64,000 bases of DNA from Terrimicrobiaceae bacterium (GTDB taxonomy: Bacteria > Verrucomicrobiota > Verrucomicrobiia > Chthoniobacterales > Terrimicrobiaceae). Below the pieces are notes generated by a model. It saw only the letters and a program-made list of their open reading frames with translations. It was not told the DNA's origin and did not search any database. Where the stretch lies: assembly GCA_044342325.1 (NCBI GenBank), contig JBIIPZ010000004.1, positions 36,418 through 100,417 of the forward strand, read 5' to 3'. Below are positions 28,873 to 38,808 of this stretch, piece by piece. The number at the start of each line of letters is the position of its first letter. Position 1 is the stretch's first letter. The position numbers were made by a program, and so were the translations under genes.

Positions 28873-29250
28873 GCTGCCACCGCCAACTCATTCATGGAGA
28901 TATCCAGTATTCCTCCTGGTTGCGGATCGCGCCAAGTCTGTAGGGTCCAGTGCTCTAATCCTATGGCTCTGCCTTGAGTCTTTCGTGGCTGTAGTGCTTG
29001 TTTGGCGGGGTGGTGTCTGGGGGTCGTCCGGTGGCTTCCGAGGGAATATTTGGGTCAAGCCGGAGGTCGACCCTCCAAGGACTGCGCGCTGCCGCGCTGG
29101 CGCTGTAGCGGCGTCTCTATGAGCGCCGGGAAAAAGGGCGGATAAAATCCTTTGTTTTGGTCAATCGCAGAAGCGCTTTGCTGCTTCGGCATGACATGCG
29201 AATATCGTGTCCGCACGTCCCATTTGTTCTGTCGCCGCCTCGCCGGGAAC

Positions 29251-29802
29251 TCAGTGTCCCCTCAACAAAAACCATCCTGCGATACCGCCGAGGAGCATCA
29301 GCAGAGCAGGGTTGATGTGTTTGGCGAAGAGAATTCCTGTGACGGCGAGGGCGGTTATGCAGGTGATGGTGTTGAAGTGTGTGCTGTGGCTGGGATTGAT
29401 GCAGGCCGTTTTTCCGACGGCGTGGACGCCTGCGAGCATGAGGCCGATGGTGATGGGGGCCATGCCGCGTTGCACGGAGGCGCGCCAGGGGTTGTCCTTG
29501 AAATGGTCCCAGATGTAGCTGCAGCCGTAGGTCAGGAAACTCGAAGGCAGGTAGAATGCCACGAGTGCGATGATGAGGCCTGCCGCGCCGGCTGCCTGCC
29601 AGCCAATAAGGGCAACCATCGACATGTTCGGGCCCGGAGCCATCTGGCCCAGACTGTAAATCGTGGCGAATTGGTCGCCGGTGACCCAGTGGTGAAGAGT
29701 AACGGTCTCGTGTTCCATCTGTGGCAGCACGGCGCTACCGCCTCCTACGGCGAGCAGCGAGAGGAGGCAGAAGACATTCAGGATTTTTACGAGGTCGCTC
29801 AT
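29251..29802 (-). CDS. Chromate transporter (short-chain CHR), subunit 2
   Basis: AVGGG, HWVT...F...LGQMAPGPN. Confidence 0.88.
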   Translation of the reverse strand: MSDLVKILNVFCLLSLLAVGGGSAVLPQMEHETVTLHHWVTGDQFATIYSLGQMAPGPNMSMVALIGWQAAGAAGLIIALVAFYLPSSFLTYGCSYIWDHFKDNPWRASVQRGMAPITIGLMLAGVHAVGKTACINPSHSTHFNTITCITALAVTGILFAKHINPALLMLLGGIAGWFLLRGH

Positions 29803-30362
29803 GGGTTTGGCTTCGCCGACTTCGGGCGGCAGAGAATGATGGCGACGGGGGCTATGAGAAAAAGCACCACTGGCAGGGACACATGGTGGAAGGCCACGAG
29901 ATAAAAAGTGCCCAAGACGAAACACAGGTCACGGAGGTTCAGGAATTGCTTCGCGCCGATCTTGAGGGTGACCTGCAGAAGTAGACCCACAGCGGCTGCG
30001 GCGACTCCTGCCAGCGCGGCGGCGACATTCGGATTGTGGCGGAAGCGGTCATACAAAATTCCCAACACCAACAAAAGCAACACACCAGGAAGAATCAGGC
30101 CCAAAGCTGCCGCAACAGCGCCTTGTGGGCCGGCCAGTTTCCGCCCGGCAATGATCGCTACATTCACGGAGTTCAGGCCTGGCAGTGTCTGGCCGATTTC
30201 CAGAGCGGCGAGGAATTCCTCCTCGTCCATCCACTTTTTATCGGTGACCAGCGCATCGCGCAAGTAGGCGACGAGACCGCCGCCAAAGCTGGTGATGCCG
30301 ATCTTGGCAAAAACGCGGAAGATTTCCGGCACGCCCGGCATATTACTCGCTGCGGGTGGCAT
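29799..30362 (-). CDS. Chromate transporter (short-chain CHR), subunit 1
   Basis: TSFGGG, KKWMDEEEF...GQTLPG; start 30362 or 30341. Confidence 0.88.
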   Translation of the reverse strand: MPPAASNMPGVPEIFRVFAKIGITSFGGGLVAYLRDALVTDKKWMDEEEFLAALEIGQTLPGLNSVNVAIIAGRKLAGPQGAVAAALGLILPGVLLLLVLGILYDRFRHNPNVAAALAGVAAAAVGLLLQVTLKIGAKQFLNLRDLCFVLGTFYLVAFHHVSLPVVLFLIAPVAIILCRPKSAKPNP

Positions 30363-31215
30363 GGGGAGACTGTCCGAGTTGGTAAACAAGCGCTGTCTTG
30401 GTGGTGCCGAGCGAGACCCACTCGTGGGCGTCGAGTTGGAGCGTTTTGTAGAAATCCTCCGCACGCTTCAGGCTCGACTTGTGGATTTCATCCTCGCTGT
30501 CAAAGCGGCACTGGAAGGCGAATTCACCGCAGAAGGCCCGCTCGTATTTACGCGTGCGCCACACGGCGATTGTTGTTTTGCCATTGAAACCTCCGCCGAA
30601 GTGCAGTTCGCCCACATCCACCTGCACCTCTTCCACTGCCATGTCATTGACGAGCCGGAGCGGAGTCTCATGGTCCGCTCCGACCTGGTGGATCGCTGGA
30701 AACGCCCCGGCCAAATCCTTCACGGCGACTTCCAAACCCTCGCGCGGTTTCGCCAGCACGCAGTTGTGCGAAAAAATGGAACGCGCCCCGCCCAGCGTCT
30801 CCCGCAGCGGCAAGAGCTCCTCTTTGAATTTAATCTTGGCGATGCCTCCCGATGTCGCCGGACGCACATCCACCGCTGCGGCTTCTTTAAAATCCGGATG
30901 CCGGAATTTGAATGTGAGTTCTGGAATCCCCTGCGGCCAACCGCCTTTGTAATGCGTGCGCAAACGCAGGATGAAGTGGTTTTTATAAAGCGCAAAATCC
31001 TCTGTGTCGTAGAAAAGAACCTCCCGCACATTGCTCTCAAAGGCGTTCTCAGCCTCCTTCACCTTCACATCAAACTTCTTCGCCGTCACCCGGACAATGC
31101 TCCAGAAATCTACGAATGCCTGCGGCGAAGTGAAATGCTGCGCCTGCAAAATGATCTTATACTCGCGATACTGAATCCGGTCCTGGGGGGTATTTTCGAT
31201 TTCGTGCTTCGACAT
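30343..31215 (-). CDS. Hypothetical protein, CYTH/triphosphate-tunnel-like
   Basis: N-terminal REYK, FYDT-DF-LY...ILRLR, LTFK, late E-F; start ATG 31215. Confidence 0.55.
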   Translation of the reverse strand: MSKHEIENTPQDRIQYREYKIILQAQHFTSPQAFVDFWSIVRVTAKKFDVKVKEAENAFESNVREVLFYDTEDFALYKNHFILRLRTHYKGGWPQGIPELTFKFRHPDFKEAAAVDVRPATSGGIAKIKFKEELLPLRETLGGARSIFSHNCVLAKPREGLEVAVKDLAGAFPAIHQVGADHETPLRLVNDMAVEEVQVDVGELHFGGGFNGKTTIAVWRTRKYERAFCGEFAFQCRFDSEDEIHKSSLKRAEDFYKTLQLDAHEWVSLGTTKTALVYQLGQSPHATRSE

Positions 31216-31377
31216 GCAGCACATCAACGCACAGTCGGTTCACCATGGCAAAAAGCTTTTCGTTGTTCAGTTAGAGTTCCAGATGAAGGGCGGAGTTGAG
31301 TTGTTGGCTATGGGTTTCTGTTTTGCAGCCAAACTAAATCCGCGCCAGATTTGAGCCAGTTCGGTAGGCTTGTGGGC

Positions 31378-32307
31378 ATGAAACAAAAGTCTGTGGCTTT
31401 GATTGGGGCCGGGATGGCTGGGATTGGTGCGGCGCGTTTGTTGGTGGATGCGGGTTGTCGGGTGGTGGTTTTTGACAAGTCCCGCGGATTGGGTGGGCGG
31501 TGTGCGACGAAGCGCTGGGAGGGGCATTCGGTCGACCACGGTGCGCAGTATTTCACGATGCGGGATGCGGATTTTGAGCGGGAGGTTCGCTTGGCCAGCG
31601 GCGGGGATTTGTTGGAAATTCAGGCGCCGATTGTGGATGAGGCCAGTCGGGAACTGCCCAGCGAGGAGCGTTTTTTTCATGCGCAGGGTAATAGTCGCCT
31701 CGCGCGTGCGCTTGCCGAAGGACTCGATGTCAGGACGGGCATGACGATTGAAGCCGTGAAAGATCGGCGTGTGGGTGGTGAGGACTTTGATGTTATTCTT
31801 AGCACGGCTCCTTGGCCGCAGACCGCCAAGCTGGCTGGAGTTCAGAATTCCCAAAATCCCTACGCTCCCTGTTTGGCGCAGCTGCTTCTTTACGAGGGCG
31901 AGTGGCTTGGTGCGACAGCGGCACGATATGCCATCAGCGACCGTTCGGGCCATGCGCTGGCTTGGTCGGCGTGCGAGAATCACAAGCCTGGGCGTGTCGG
32001 CGCGGGTTTCACTGTGATGGTTGTCCATGCTGCGGAGGGCTTCAGCCGTGCGCGGCTCGAGGATGAGCCCGCGAGCTGGGCGGCGGAGCTTCGGAGTCTT
32101 ACCGAGGCGCGTTGGGGGATTCCGGCTGCCGCCTTCCGAACGATGCATCCGCACCGCTGGCGGTATGCCCGAATTTCGCAGAAAATAGAAATCCCGACCC
32201 TGCCGGAGGGATGGTATTTTGCGGGGGATTTGCTTACGGAGTCGCGGGTGGAATCGGCTTGGATGGCCGGGCGCGAAGCAGCGCGGCAGATTCTTTCTGG
32301 CGCTTGA
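31378..32307 (+). CDS. Renalase-like FAD-dependent oxidoreductase
   Basis: IGAGMAG, FDKSRGLGGRCATKR, DHGAQYFT, HRWRYA, AGD...VESAW. Confidence 0.88.
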   Translation: MKQKSVALIGAGMAGIGAARLLVDAGCRVVVFDKSRGLGGRCATKRWEGHSVDHGAQYFTMRDADFEREVRLASGGDLLEIQAPIVDEASRELPSEERFFHAQGNSRLARALAEGLDVRTGMTIEAVKDRRVGGEDFDVILSTAPWPQTAKLAGVQNSQNPYAPCLAQLLLYEGEWLGATAARYAISDRSGHALAWSACENHKPGRVGAGFTVMVVHAAEGFSRARLEDEPASWAAELRSLTEARWGIPAAAFRTMHPHRWRYARISQKIEIPTLPEGWYFAGDLLTESRVESAWMAGREAARQILSGA

Positions 32308-32335
32308 GAGTTGCGGGGAGCATCTTGTTTCCATC

Positions 32336-33187
32336 ATGAACATCGGAGTCATCGGAGCGACGGGTTATGTGGGCAAGCGGCTTTCGCGACTGGCCGCAGA
32401 AGCTGGGCATGGCGTGGTGCCGTTTTCCCGAACTGCGCGTGCCGGATTTCGTCGGATTGAATCCTCAGGCTCTCTGGATTTTTCAGGCATGGACGCCGTG
32501 GTAAATCTGGCAGGCGAGCCGATTCTGGGACTTTGGACAGCGTCCAAGAAAAAGAAAATCCTGAGCAGCCGCGTCGAAACCACGCAGAAGGTTGTAGGCA
32601 GCCTGCACGCGGGCATTGGCGTGCTGATCAACGCCTCGGCGATTGGATTTTATGGTGATACGGGCGAGCGGGAGGTCGATGAATCGGCTCCGGCGGGAAG
32701 GGGGTTTTTGGCCGAGGTGTGTCAGGCTTGGGAGGCTGCAGCGATGCCTGCCGTGGGGCTTGGATGCCGCGTGGTGCGACTGCGAATTGGTTTTGTGACC
32801 GGCCCCGGTGGCGCGATGGGTTTGGTGCGGCCGGTTTTTGAACTCGGCTTGGGAGGAAATCTCGGCAACGGGCGGCAGTGGATGAGTTGCATCCATGTGG
32901 ACGATGTCGCCGGGATGATACTTTGGGCGCTGGAAAACCCAGCGGTGAGTGGTGCGGTGAATGCCGTGAATCCACAGCCGGTGCGGAATACCGAGTTCAC
33001 CCGCACACTGGCGCGCGTGGTGCGGCGTCCCGCGATTCTGCCCGCGCCCTCCTGTGCACTCAAACTCGCACTCGGCGAGTTGTCGCATGTCATGCTCGAC
33101 AGTGTGCGCGTGCGTCCGGCGGTGGCGGAGAGCTTGGGCTATTCGTTTCGGCATCCCACGCTGGAAGTCGGTCTGCGTGCAGGCTGA
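32336..33187 (+). CDS. TIGR01777 family NAD-dependent epimerase-like oxidoreductase
   Basis: GATGYVG, NLAGEPI, ASAIGFYG, FLAEVCQAWE, GNGRQWMSCIH. Confidence 0.88.
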   Translation: MNIGVIGATGYVGKRLSRLAAEAGHGVVPFSRTARAGFRRIESSGSLDFSGMDAVVNLAGEPILGLWTASKKKKILSSRVETTQKVVGSLHAGIGVLINASAIGFYGDTGEREVDESAPAGRGFLAEVCQAWEAAAMPAVGLGCRVVRLRIGFVTGPGGAMGLVRPVFELGLGGNLGNGRQWMSCIHVDDVAGMILWALENPAVSGAVNAVNPQPVRNTEFTRTLARVVRRPAILPAPSCALKLALGELSHVMLDSVRVRPAVAESLGYSFRHPTLEVGLRAG

Positions 33188-33228
33188 TACCATCTTGCGC
33201 GCGGGGTGGAATCCGCTAAAAACACCGC

Positions 33229-34155
33229 ATGGAAAAAGCGGCGAAAGTTTTTGTGGCGGGTCATCGTGGCATGGTCGGCAGTGCCGTTGTCAGGCGGTTC
33301 CGGCAGGCAGGCTTTCAGAACATCCTCACCCGCACACGGCAGGAGCTTGACCTTATGGATCGCGCCGCCGTGCGTGGTTTCTTCGAGCTCGAGCGTCCGG
33401 ACTATGTGGTCGATGCCGCCGCGAGGGTGGGGGGCATCGCTGCCAATTTCGAGAAGCCTGTCGAATTCCTCATCGAGAACCTCACGATCCAGAACAATGT
33501 CATTCAGGCGGCAGCGGACTTTGGTGTGACGAAGCTCCTCTTCCTCGGCAGCTCCTGCATTTATCCAAAAATGGCCCCCCAGCCGCTCACGGAGGATGCT
33601 TTGCTCACCGGCCCGCTTGAGCCGACGAACGATGCGTATGCGATCGCAAAGATCGCCGGTATCAAGCTCTGCCAAGCTTATGCCCGCGAGTATGGAAAAA
33701 ACTTCATCTCCGGGATGCCGACCAATCTTTATGGGCCGAATGACAATTTCGATCTGCACACCTCGCATGTTCTCCCCGCGCTTATCCGCAAGGTGCATGA
33801 GGCAAAGCAGGGCGGAGCGAAGGAGGTGTCGGTGTGGGGTAGTGGCACGCCGCGTCGCGAGTTTCTGCATGTGGACGACCTCGCGGATGCCTGTTTTTTT
33901 CTCCTCGAAAACTACGACTCGCCCGAGATTGTGAACATCGGCTGCGGCGAGGATGTCTCGATCCGGGAACTCGCGGAGATCGTCTGCGAGGTGCTCGGCT
34001 TCGAGGGGTCGCTTGTCTTTGACACCTCGAAACCGGATGGCACACCCCGGAAACTCATGCATGTGGGCCGACTTCTTGCCCTTGGCTGGAAGCCCCGCAT
34101 CGCTCTCAAGGAAGGTATTCGGGATTCCTACGCCTGGTTTTTGAAAAGCCTTTGA
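33229..34155 (+). CDS. fcl: GDP-L-fucose synthase
   Basis: [49 protein letters not shown]. Confidence 0.96.
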   Translation: MEKAAKVFVAGHRGMVGSAVVRRFRQAGFQNILTRTRQELDLMDRAAVRGFFELERPDYVVDAAARVGGIAANFEKPVEFLIENLTIQNNVIQAAADFGVTKLLFLGSSCIYPKMAPQPLTEDALLTGPLEPTNDAYAIAKIAGIKLCQAYAREYGKNFISGMPTNLYGPNDNFDLHTSHVLPALIRKVHEAKQGGAKEVSVWGSGTPRREFLHVDDLADACFFLLENYDSPEIVNIGCGEDVSIRELAEIVCEVLGFEGSLVFDTSKPDGTPRKLMHVGRLLALGWKPRIALKEGIRDSYAWFLKSL

Positions 34156-34168
34156 GCCGTCAACCTGC

Positions 34169-35335
34169 TCAGGCGAGCAGGCTGTTGATGTAGGCGGATG
34201 GCTCGAAGTTCTCGATGAGAACGACCGTCTGCCCCTTTCTGTGCATGCGGGCTTGGGTAACTAGGATTTCAGGTGTTTTGTGAGGCGCGAAGAGAATGTC
34301 GTCGTGTGTGGCGTTGAGGTGCTCAGCGAATTTGTCTGGTGTCAGCGAGCCGCCCAGATGGTCGCTGCGGCCGGTGGCCACATGGATGGTTCCCCGGATT
34401 TTTTCGTCCTGGATGTCGCGTCCTGAAACAGGGAGGACTTGTGTGCCGAAGCCGAGTTCGCCCAGTTCGCCAGTGACGGGATCGGAGACGAGTTTTTTGT
34501 TGTGGGCTTCGACGAGCGAGGCATCGCCGCTGAGGAGTTCGGCTTTTTGGATGCGGCCGCCGGCGACATGCATGAGGCCGATCGTGCCGTCCTCGTAGCG
34601 CATGGGAAACTCCCCGGAAGCGCCGGTCGGCACATAATAAATCTCGCCTGCCGGGAGGTTCGCCACATCTGGCTCGTCACCGCGACAGAGGCCGTGGCTT
34701 TTTTGCGCCTCTTGGCCGCCGAGTTCGAGTCGGAGCGTGTGGGTTTTTCCATTGAAGAGAAAATCGATTTCCACCCAATCCGCGTTTGTCATGCCGAGGC
34801 GCATTTTTTCGGCATCAACGCTCACATCGTCGTAACTCACCGCGAGACCTGTGCGGAGGATGGTTTGATTGACCCCGTGAAGAGTGGCGCCTCGGAAGCC
34901 ATATTGTTTGGCAAAGGCAGTGAGAGGCGCCGTGGCGGAGTAGGTCGAGATGCAGAGAATGATGTCGTAGTTCGGGTAAACATCCTTTTCCAAACTAAGT
35001 ATGCGTCCCTCGGGGGTGTGGGCCTCATCGGGGAGGTCGAGGTTGCTGCCGCCTGTGATCTTGTAGGCATACATCTCGCCGCCACCGAGCCCGAGTTCCG
35101 CCAATGTGCCATCGCGGAGCGGCTCGAAGAAGAACTTCACGGCGTTTTTTTGGATCGTGAGTTCTGCATTTTTCAAAAAAGCAAAGTCTTTGATCTGCGA
35201 GGCATCTGGCAGGTCGATCAAAATGCAAATTTTTTGTCCGGCCTTCGGCTCAAAAGTGCTTTGGAGAAGGTTTGCGAGGAGAAATGGTGGGAAAACGCGG
35301 CGCGCGGCTTGTGTGGGAATAGTCATAGGATGCAT
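34169..35335 (-). CDS. M29 (thermophilic metalloprotease) aminopeptidase-like protein
   Basis: NLPAGEIY, GELGFG, QDEK-GTIHVATG, H-D; start 35335 or 35326. Confidence 0.6.
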   Translation of the reverse strand: MHPMTIPTQAARRVFPPFLLANLLQSTFEPKAGQKICILIDLPDASQIKDFAFLKNAELTIQKNAVKFFFEPLRDGTLAELGLGGGEMYAYKITGGSNLDLPDEAHTPEGRILSLEKDVYPNYDIILCISTYSATAPLTAFAKQYGFRGATLHGVNQTILRTGLAVSYDDVSVDAEKMRLGMTNADWVEIDFLFNGKTHTLRLELGGQEAQKSHGLCRGDEPDVANLPAGEIYYVPTGASGEFPMRYEDGTIGLMHVAGGRIQKAELLSGDASLVEAHNKKLVSDPVTGELGELGFGTQVLPVSGRDIQDEKIRGTIHVATGRSDHLGGSLTPDKFAEHLNATHDDILFAPHKTPEILVTQARMHRKGQTVVLIENFEPSAYINSLLA

Positions 35336-35382
35336 GCGGAGAATCTCTACGCATTGAGTGTTGGTGACGATTCAAAAAAAAG

Positions 35383-37323
35383 ATGCCTCAGTCGCAGATC
35401 ACTATTTCTGTGACGGTGGATTCTGGTTTATGGATGCGCGGAGTGAATTTCCTGCCTGCGGTTCTATGTGGCCTTGCGCTTCTCCTTGCCCAGTATTTTG
35501 TGGGCCGGGGGCCGTATCCATTTTTGCCTCTAGCGGCCTATGCGGTTCTATGCTTGGCCGCATTCGCGAGTGCTTGGAAGCTGAAGCAGCGCGAATTTTC
35601 CATCCCGCGCTGGGTCTGTGTTTCCTTCACTGCGGCGCTTGCGGCATGGATTGTAATTCCGCTGGCAGGCCAATCCGACTTGTGGCTGCAGGGCGCGATT
35701 CTGCGCCTCGTTCTTGCGGCTTGGGTTCTTTATTGCTTGCTCGTTTTTGTCATCACGGGGCCGGGGGAAAGGCTCATTCTTCTCGCGATCCTGCTTGTCG
35801 GATCTTTTGTGCAAGCGTCGTTGGGGATTTTTCAATATTTCTTTCCAGATGCGCAGCCCCACCTCGGCTTGATCACAGATCTCTGCCCCGAGCGGATGGA
35901 GGGGCATGCCTTTCGGGCGAGGGGATTTTACTACAATGCCAACCATCTCGCTTGGTTGCTGAACTTCGCCGGAGCGTTTGCGCTATCGATCGGTGTATGG
36001 GGGCGTGTGGGCCTTTGGCCTCGGGTTCTGCTTCTCTATGGCGCGGCAATGTTCTTCGGCGCGGGAATCCTCACCCAGAGCAGGGGCGGACTGCTCGGGG
36101 CGGGGGCGGCACTGGGAGTTTTTCTGATCCTCAGCGCCCGCGGGCTGCTGCTCGGCGCTTGGGGCAGCCGGGGCCGCATGTTCGGATTGGTCGCATTCGC
36201 GCTGATAGTGTGCCTTGGCGCTGTGTGGCAGGTCTATGAGTCCAGTGACCTCGCACAGTTTCGCATTCTGAAAGCGGGGGAAGAAACCTACCGCGCGACT
36301 GTCTGGAAAACGGCTTTCCGTCAGTGGCAGAGCGATCCGCTTGTGGGAACCGGCATCGGAACATTTACCAACTACTCCCGCCAATACAGGTTCCGTGCCG
36401 ATGCGTTGGATGATGTGTTCGCCCACAACGACTGGGTGCAGGCGCTTGCCGAGATCGGTTTGATTGGCGCAGGACTTGGCCTTTGCGTTCTGCTGGTGCA
36501 TTTCTCCTCGGGATGGCGTTCGGTGGTTATTGATATTCGTCAACGAATTGCCGCAGGCAGTTCGCCTGTCAGTCTCAAAGCCGCGATGCAGATGGGGGCC
36601 TTGTCCTCGCTTGCTGCGTTTGCCGTTCATTCCTTTTTTGACTTTAACATGCAGGTTCCCGCCAACGCGCTCCTGGCTTGTGTCTCTCTGGCCATCCTTG
36701 CATCACCGGGGCGGAGGGTTTGCTCCGGGTCGCTACCTGTTTCGGCCTTCCGCGTGGCTCTCGCAAGCGCCCTTGTGGCGGCGATTGGGATTGTTTGGAC
36801 ATCTTGGAATTGTCTCAACGCGGAGTTCGCCTGGATCCGGGCGGATGCCGCACTGGCGCGCGGTGCTACTGGGTTGGCACGGGAAATTGCGGAGTCAGGA
36901 ATTCAGGCGAATCCGAATCACAGTGCCCTCGCCGCCACCGGGGGGCGCGCCTCGCTGATTCTTGGCAAACAAACGCAATTGACAGAAATCGAGCGTCGGC
37001 GCCTGCTGGAGCGCTCTGCCGAGTTATCCTCGATGGCCAGTAAACGAGAACCCGGCGATGCTTGGCATTTGATCAACCTAGCCCACGCTTACGATAATCT
37101 TGGAAATTTCGAGCAAGCCGCTCCGCTCCACAGGGCGGCCATAGCCAAGGCCCCTTATTATGCCACGCCGTATGAATTCTACGCCCTGCACCTTGAGCTG
37201 TCCGGTTCGCAGACCGAGGCAGTCCGTTTCTACGAACTCGCCCTCAATCTTCCTGAGTCAACTTTCTCCGCTCAGCGGCGGGAAGCGCTTTTGAAAAATT
37301 CCCCTTTCGCGCCTTTGCGGTAG
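35383..37323 (+). CDS. O-antigen ligase (Wzy_C) family membrane protein with C-terminal TPR
   Basis: GFYYNANH, TQSRGG, PLVGTGIGTF, AHNDWVQ-LAE-G, HSFFDFN. Confidence 0.85.
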   Translation: MPQSQITISVTVDSGLWMRGVNFLPAVLCGLALLLAQYFVGRGPYPFLPLAAYAVLCLAAFASAWKLKQREFSIPRWVCVSFTAALAAWIVIPLAGQSDLWLQGAILRLVLAAWVLYCLLVFVITGPGERLILLAILLVGSFVQASLGIFQYFFPDAQPHLGLITDLCPERMEGHAFRARGFYYNANHLAWLLNFAGAFALSIGVWGRVGLWPRVLLLYGAAMFFGAGILTQSRGGLLGAGAALGVFLILSARGLLLGAWGSRGRMFGLVAFALIVCLGAVWQVYESSDLAQFRILKAGEETYRATVWKTAFRQWQSDPLVGTGIGTFTNYSRQYRFRADALDDVFAHNDWVQALAEIGLIGAGLGLCVLLVHFSSGWRSVVIDIRQRIAAGSSPVSLKAAMQMGALSSLAAFAVHSFFDFNMQVPANALLACVSLAILASPGRRVCSGSLPVSAFRVALASALVAAIGIVWTSWNCLNAEFAWIRADAALARGATGLAREIAESGIQANPNHSALAATGGRASLILGKQTQLTEIERRRLLERSAELSSMASKREPGDAWHLINLAHAYDNLGNFEQAAPLHRAAIAKAPYYATPYEFYALHLELSGSQTEAVRFYELALNLPESTFSAQRREALLKNSPFAPLR

Positions 37324-37398
37324 AGGCGACGCTCGCACTAAAAATTTGTTGGCTTGAAAATATCGTTTCGATATATGCTTGCGTCCTTGTTTCCGCTT

Positions 37399-38694
37399 AT
37401 GCAGAAAAAATTCCTCCTATCCACCTTTGCAACCCTTCTTCTGCTGGTTGTTTTTCGTGCCCAGGCTCAGCAATCTGCTGAGGAGTTTTATGGAGCTCCT
37501 GCCCCTGCCGATTTTCCACAGGAGGAAGGCGTGCCTGTGGATGACAATGCTTCGGCCCTTGAAAATGTCCCGGAGCAGACTTCCGGAGGTGTATTTGAGA
37601 AAAAGCCTTTCACATTGGCATTTGCTGTTCGTGAAGGGTATGACGACAATTTGTTCACTACTGAAACAGACCGCGCGGCAAGTTTTTACACCAACATGGC
37701 TGGAGGGATCACCTACGCGGCGGAGAGTTCCCGTTTGCAGTTGTCCGCAGCCCTGAATGGAGGAGTGACATATTATTACACGCGTCCCGGCAATAAATAC
37801 GACTACACAGGTGCTCTGAACCTGCAGGGTGCCTATAAGTTGACGCAGCGCCTTACGATAAATTTCTCAACCAATACGGCTTACCTTGCTCAGCCTGACT
37901 TGACCATCGCCGGCGGAACCAACCGTCAGAATGGCGACTACATTTATTCCTCAACCACTGTCGCGGGTGCCTACGAGTGGTCTGATAAATTCTCAACGGA
38001 TACGAAATACAATTTCACACCATTCGTTTATGTTGATAACTCTCTAAATGACAGTCAGGGACGCATTGAGCAAACCCTCAGCCAATCCTTCCGCTGGCTC
38101 GTGCTTCCAAAGACAACCGGCGTCTTGGAATACCGCGCCAACCCTGTGACATACTTCAGTGCTCCGTTGAACAACTTTGGGCAGTTTTTCCTTCTTGGTG
38201 TGGACCAGATTTTCAGCTCCAAATTTAAAATCACAGCTCGTGGGGGTGCGGAGTTGAGGTTCTACAACACGGACAATGACAATCCTGACTACTTCGGCCC
38301 GTTTGGAGAACTCAATGGATCGTATGAATACCAGAAGGCTTCCAGCATTGGCCTTAATATGCGCTATGGCACGGAAGGCTCGGGATTAAATGGAGCGCCC
38401 ACGCGTCAAACTTTCCGCGTCGGATTTAATCTTGTTCAAGGCATCACGCCCAAGCTTTCCTTCACCGGAGGCATGAATTACCAAAACAACTTCTACAACG
38501 AGTTCGACAAGCAGGATGCCTCGCCAGAGTTTTACGAAAATATCATCGAGTTCTCACTGGGAGCGAACTTCAAGATGACGAAAAACATGATCCTTCAGGG
38601 TGGATATACCTATACAATCGATATGGCTCCCGAGTCTGAAAAGCTTAGCTACCAGCGAAATGTGGCTTTTGTTGGCATGAATTTGGACTTCTGA
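37399..38694 (+). CDS. Outer-membrane beta-barrel associated with polysaccharide export
   Basis: Signal peptide, GYDDN motif, alternating aromatic strands, C-terminal F; lies upstream of wzc. Confidence 0.75.
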   Translation: MQKKFLLSTFATLLLLVVFRAQAQQSAEEFYGAPAPADFPQEEGVPVDDNASALENVPEQTSGGVFEKKPFTLAFAVREGYDDNLFTTETDRAASFYTNMAGGITYAAESSRLQLSAALNGGVTYYYTRPGNKYDYTGALNLQGAYKLTQRLTINFSTNTAYLAQPDLTIAGGTNRQNGDYIYSSTTVAGAYEWSDKFSTDTKYNFTPFVYVDNSLNDSQGRIEQTLSQSFRWLVLPKTTGVLEYRANPVTYFSAPLNNFGQFFLLGVDQIFSSKFKITARGGAELRFYNTDNDNPDYFGPFGELNGSYEYQKASSIGLNMRYGTEGSGLNGAPTRQTFRVGFNLVQGITPKLSFTGGMNYQNNFYNEFDKQDASPEFYENIIEFSLGANFKMTKNMILQGGYTYTIDMAPESEKLSYQRNVAFVGMNLDF

Positions 38695-38808
38695 TGCAGT
38701 GTCTCAATTGTTCACTTGTTTTTGCATCCACCATCTAGAAAACGGGCTACAAATCAGATGCGATATTTGATAGCCTTCGCTCTCTGTGCTTAATTGTCCC
38801 TCCTATCA

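Noticed and set aside
28885..28935. Minus-strand peptide IRNQEEY resembling an IS200/RAYT motif
   Set aside because: Too short, with no flanking HUH motif or open frame; probably chance
28871..29122. 83-aa ORF downstream of the sigma54 promoter
   Set aside because: The TTG start lies in the T-run ending the hairpin; no family resemblance; the ORF runs through repeat remnants
31228..31377. Possible riboswitch upstream of the CYTH-like/chromate operon
   Set aside because: No recognisable aptamer consensus or terminator seen
36875..36890. TGGCAC...TTGC sigma54-like site
   Set aside because: GG-GC spacing is 11 rather than 10, and the site is inside a CDS
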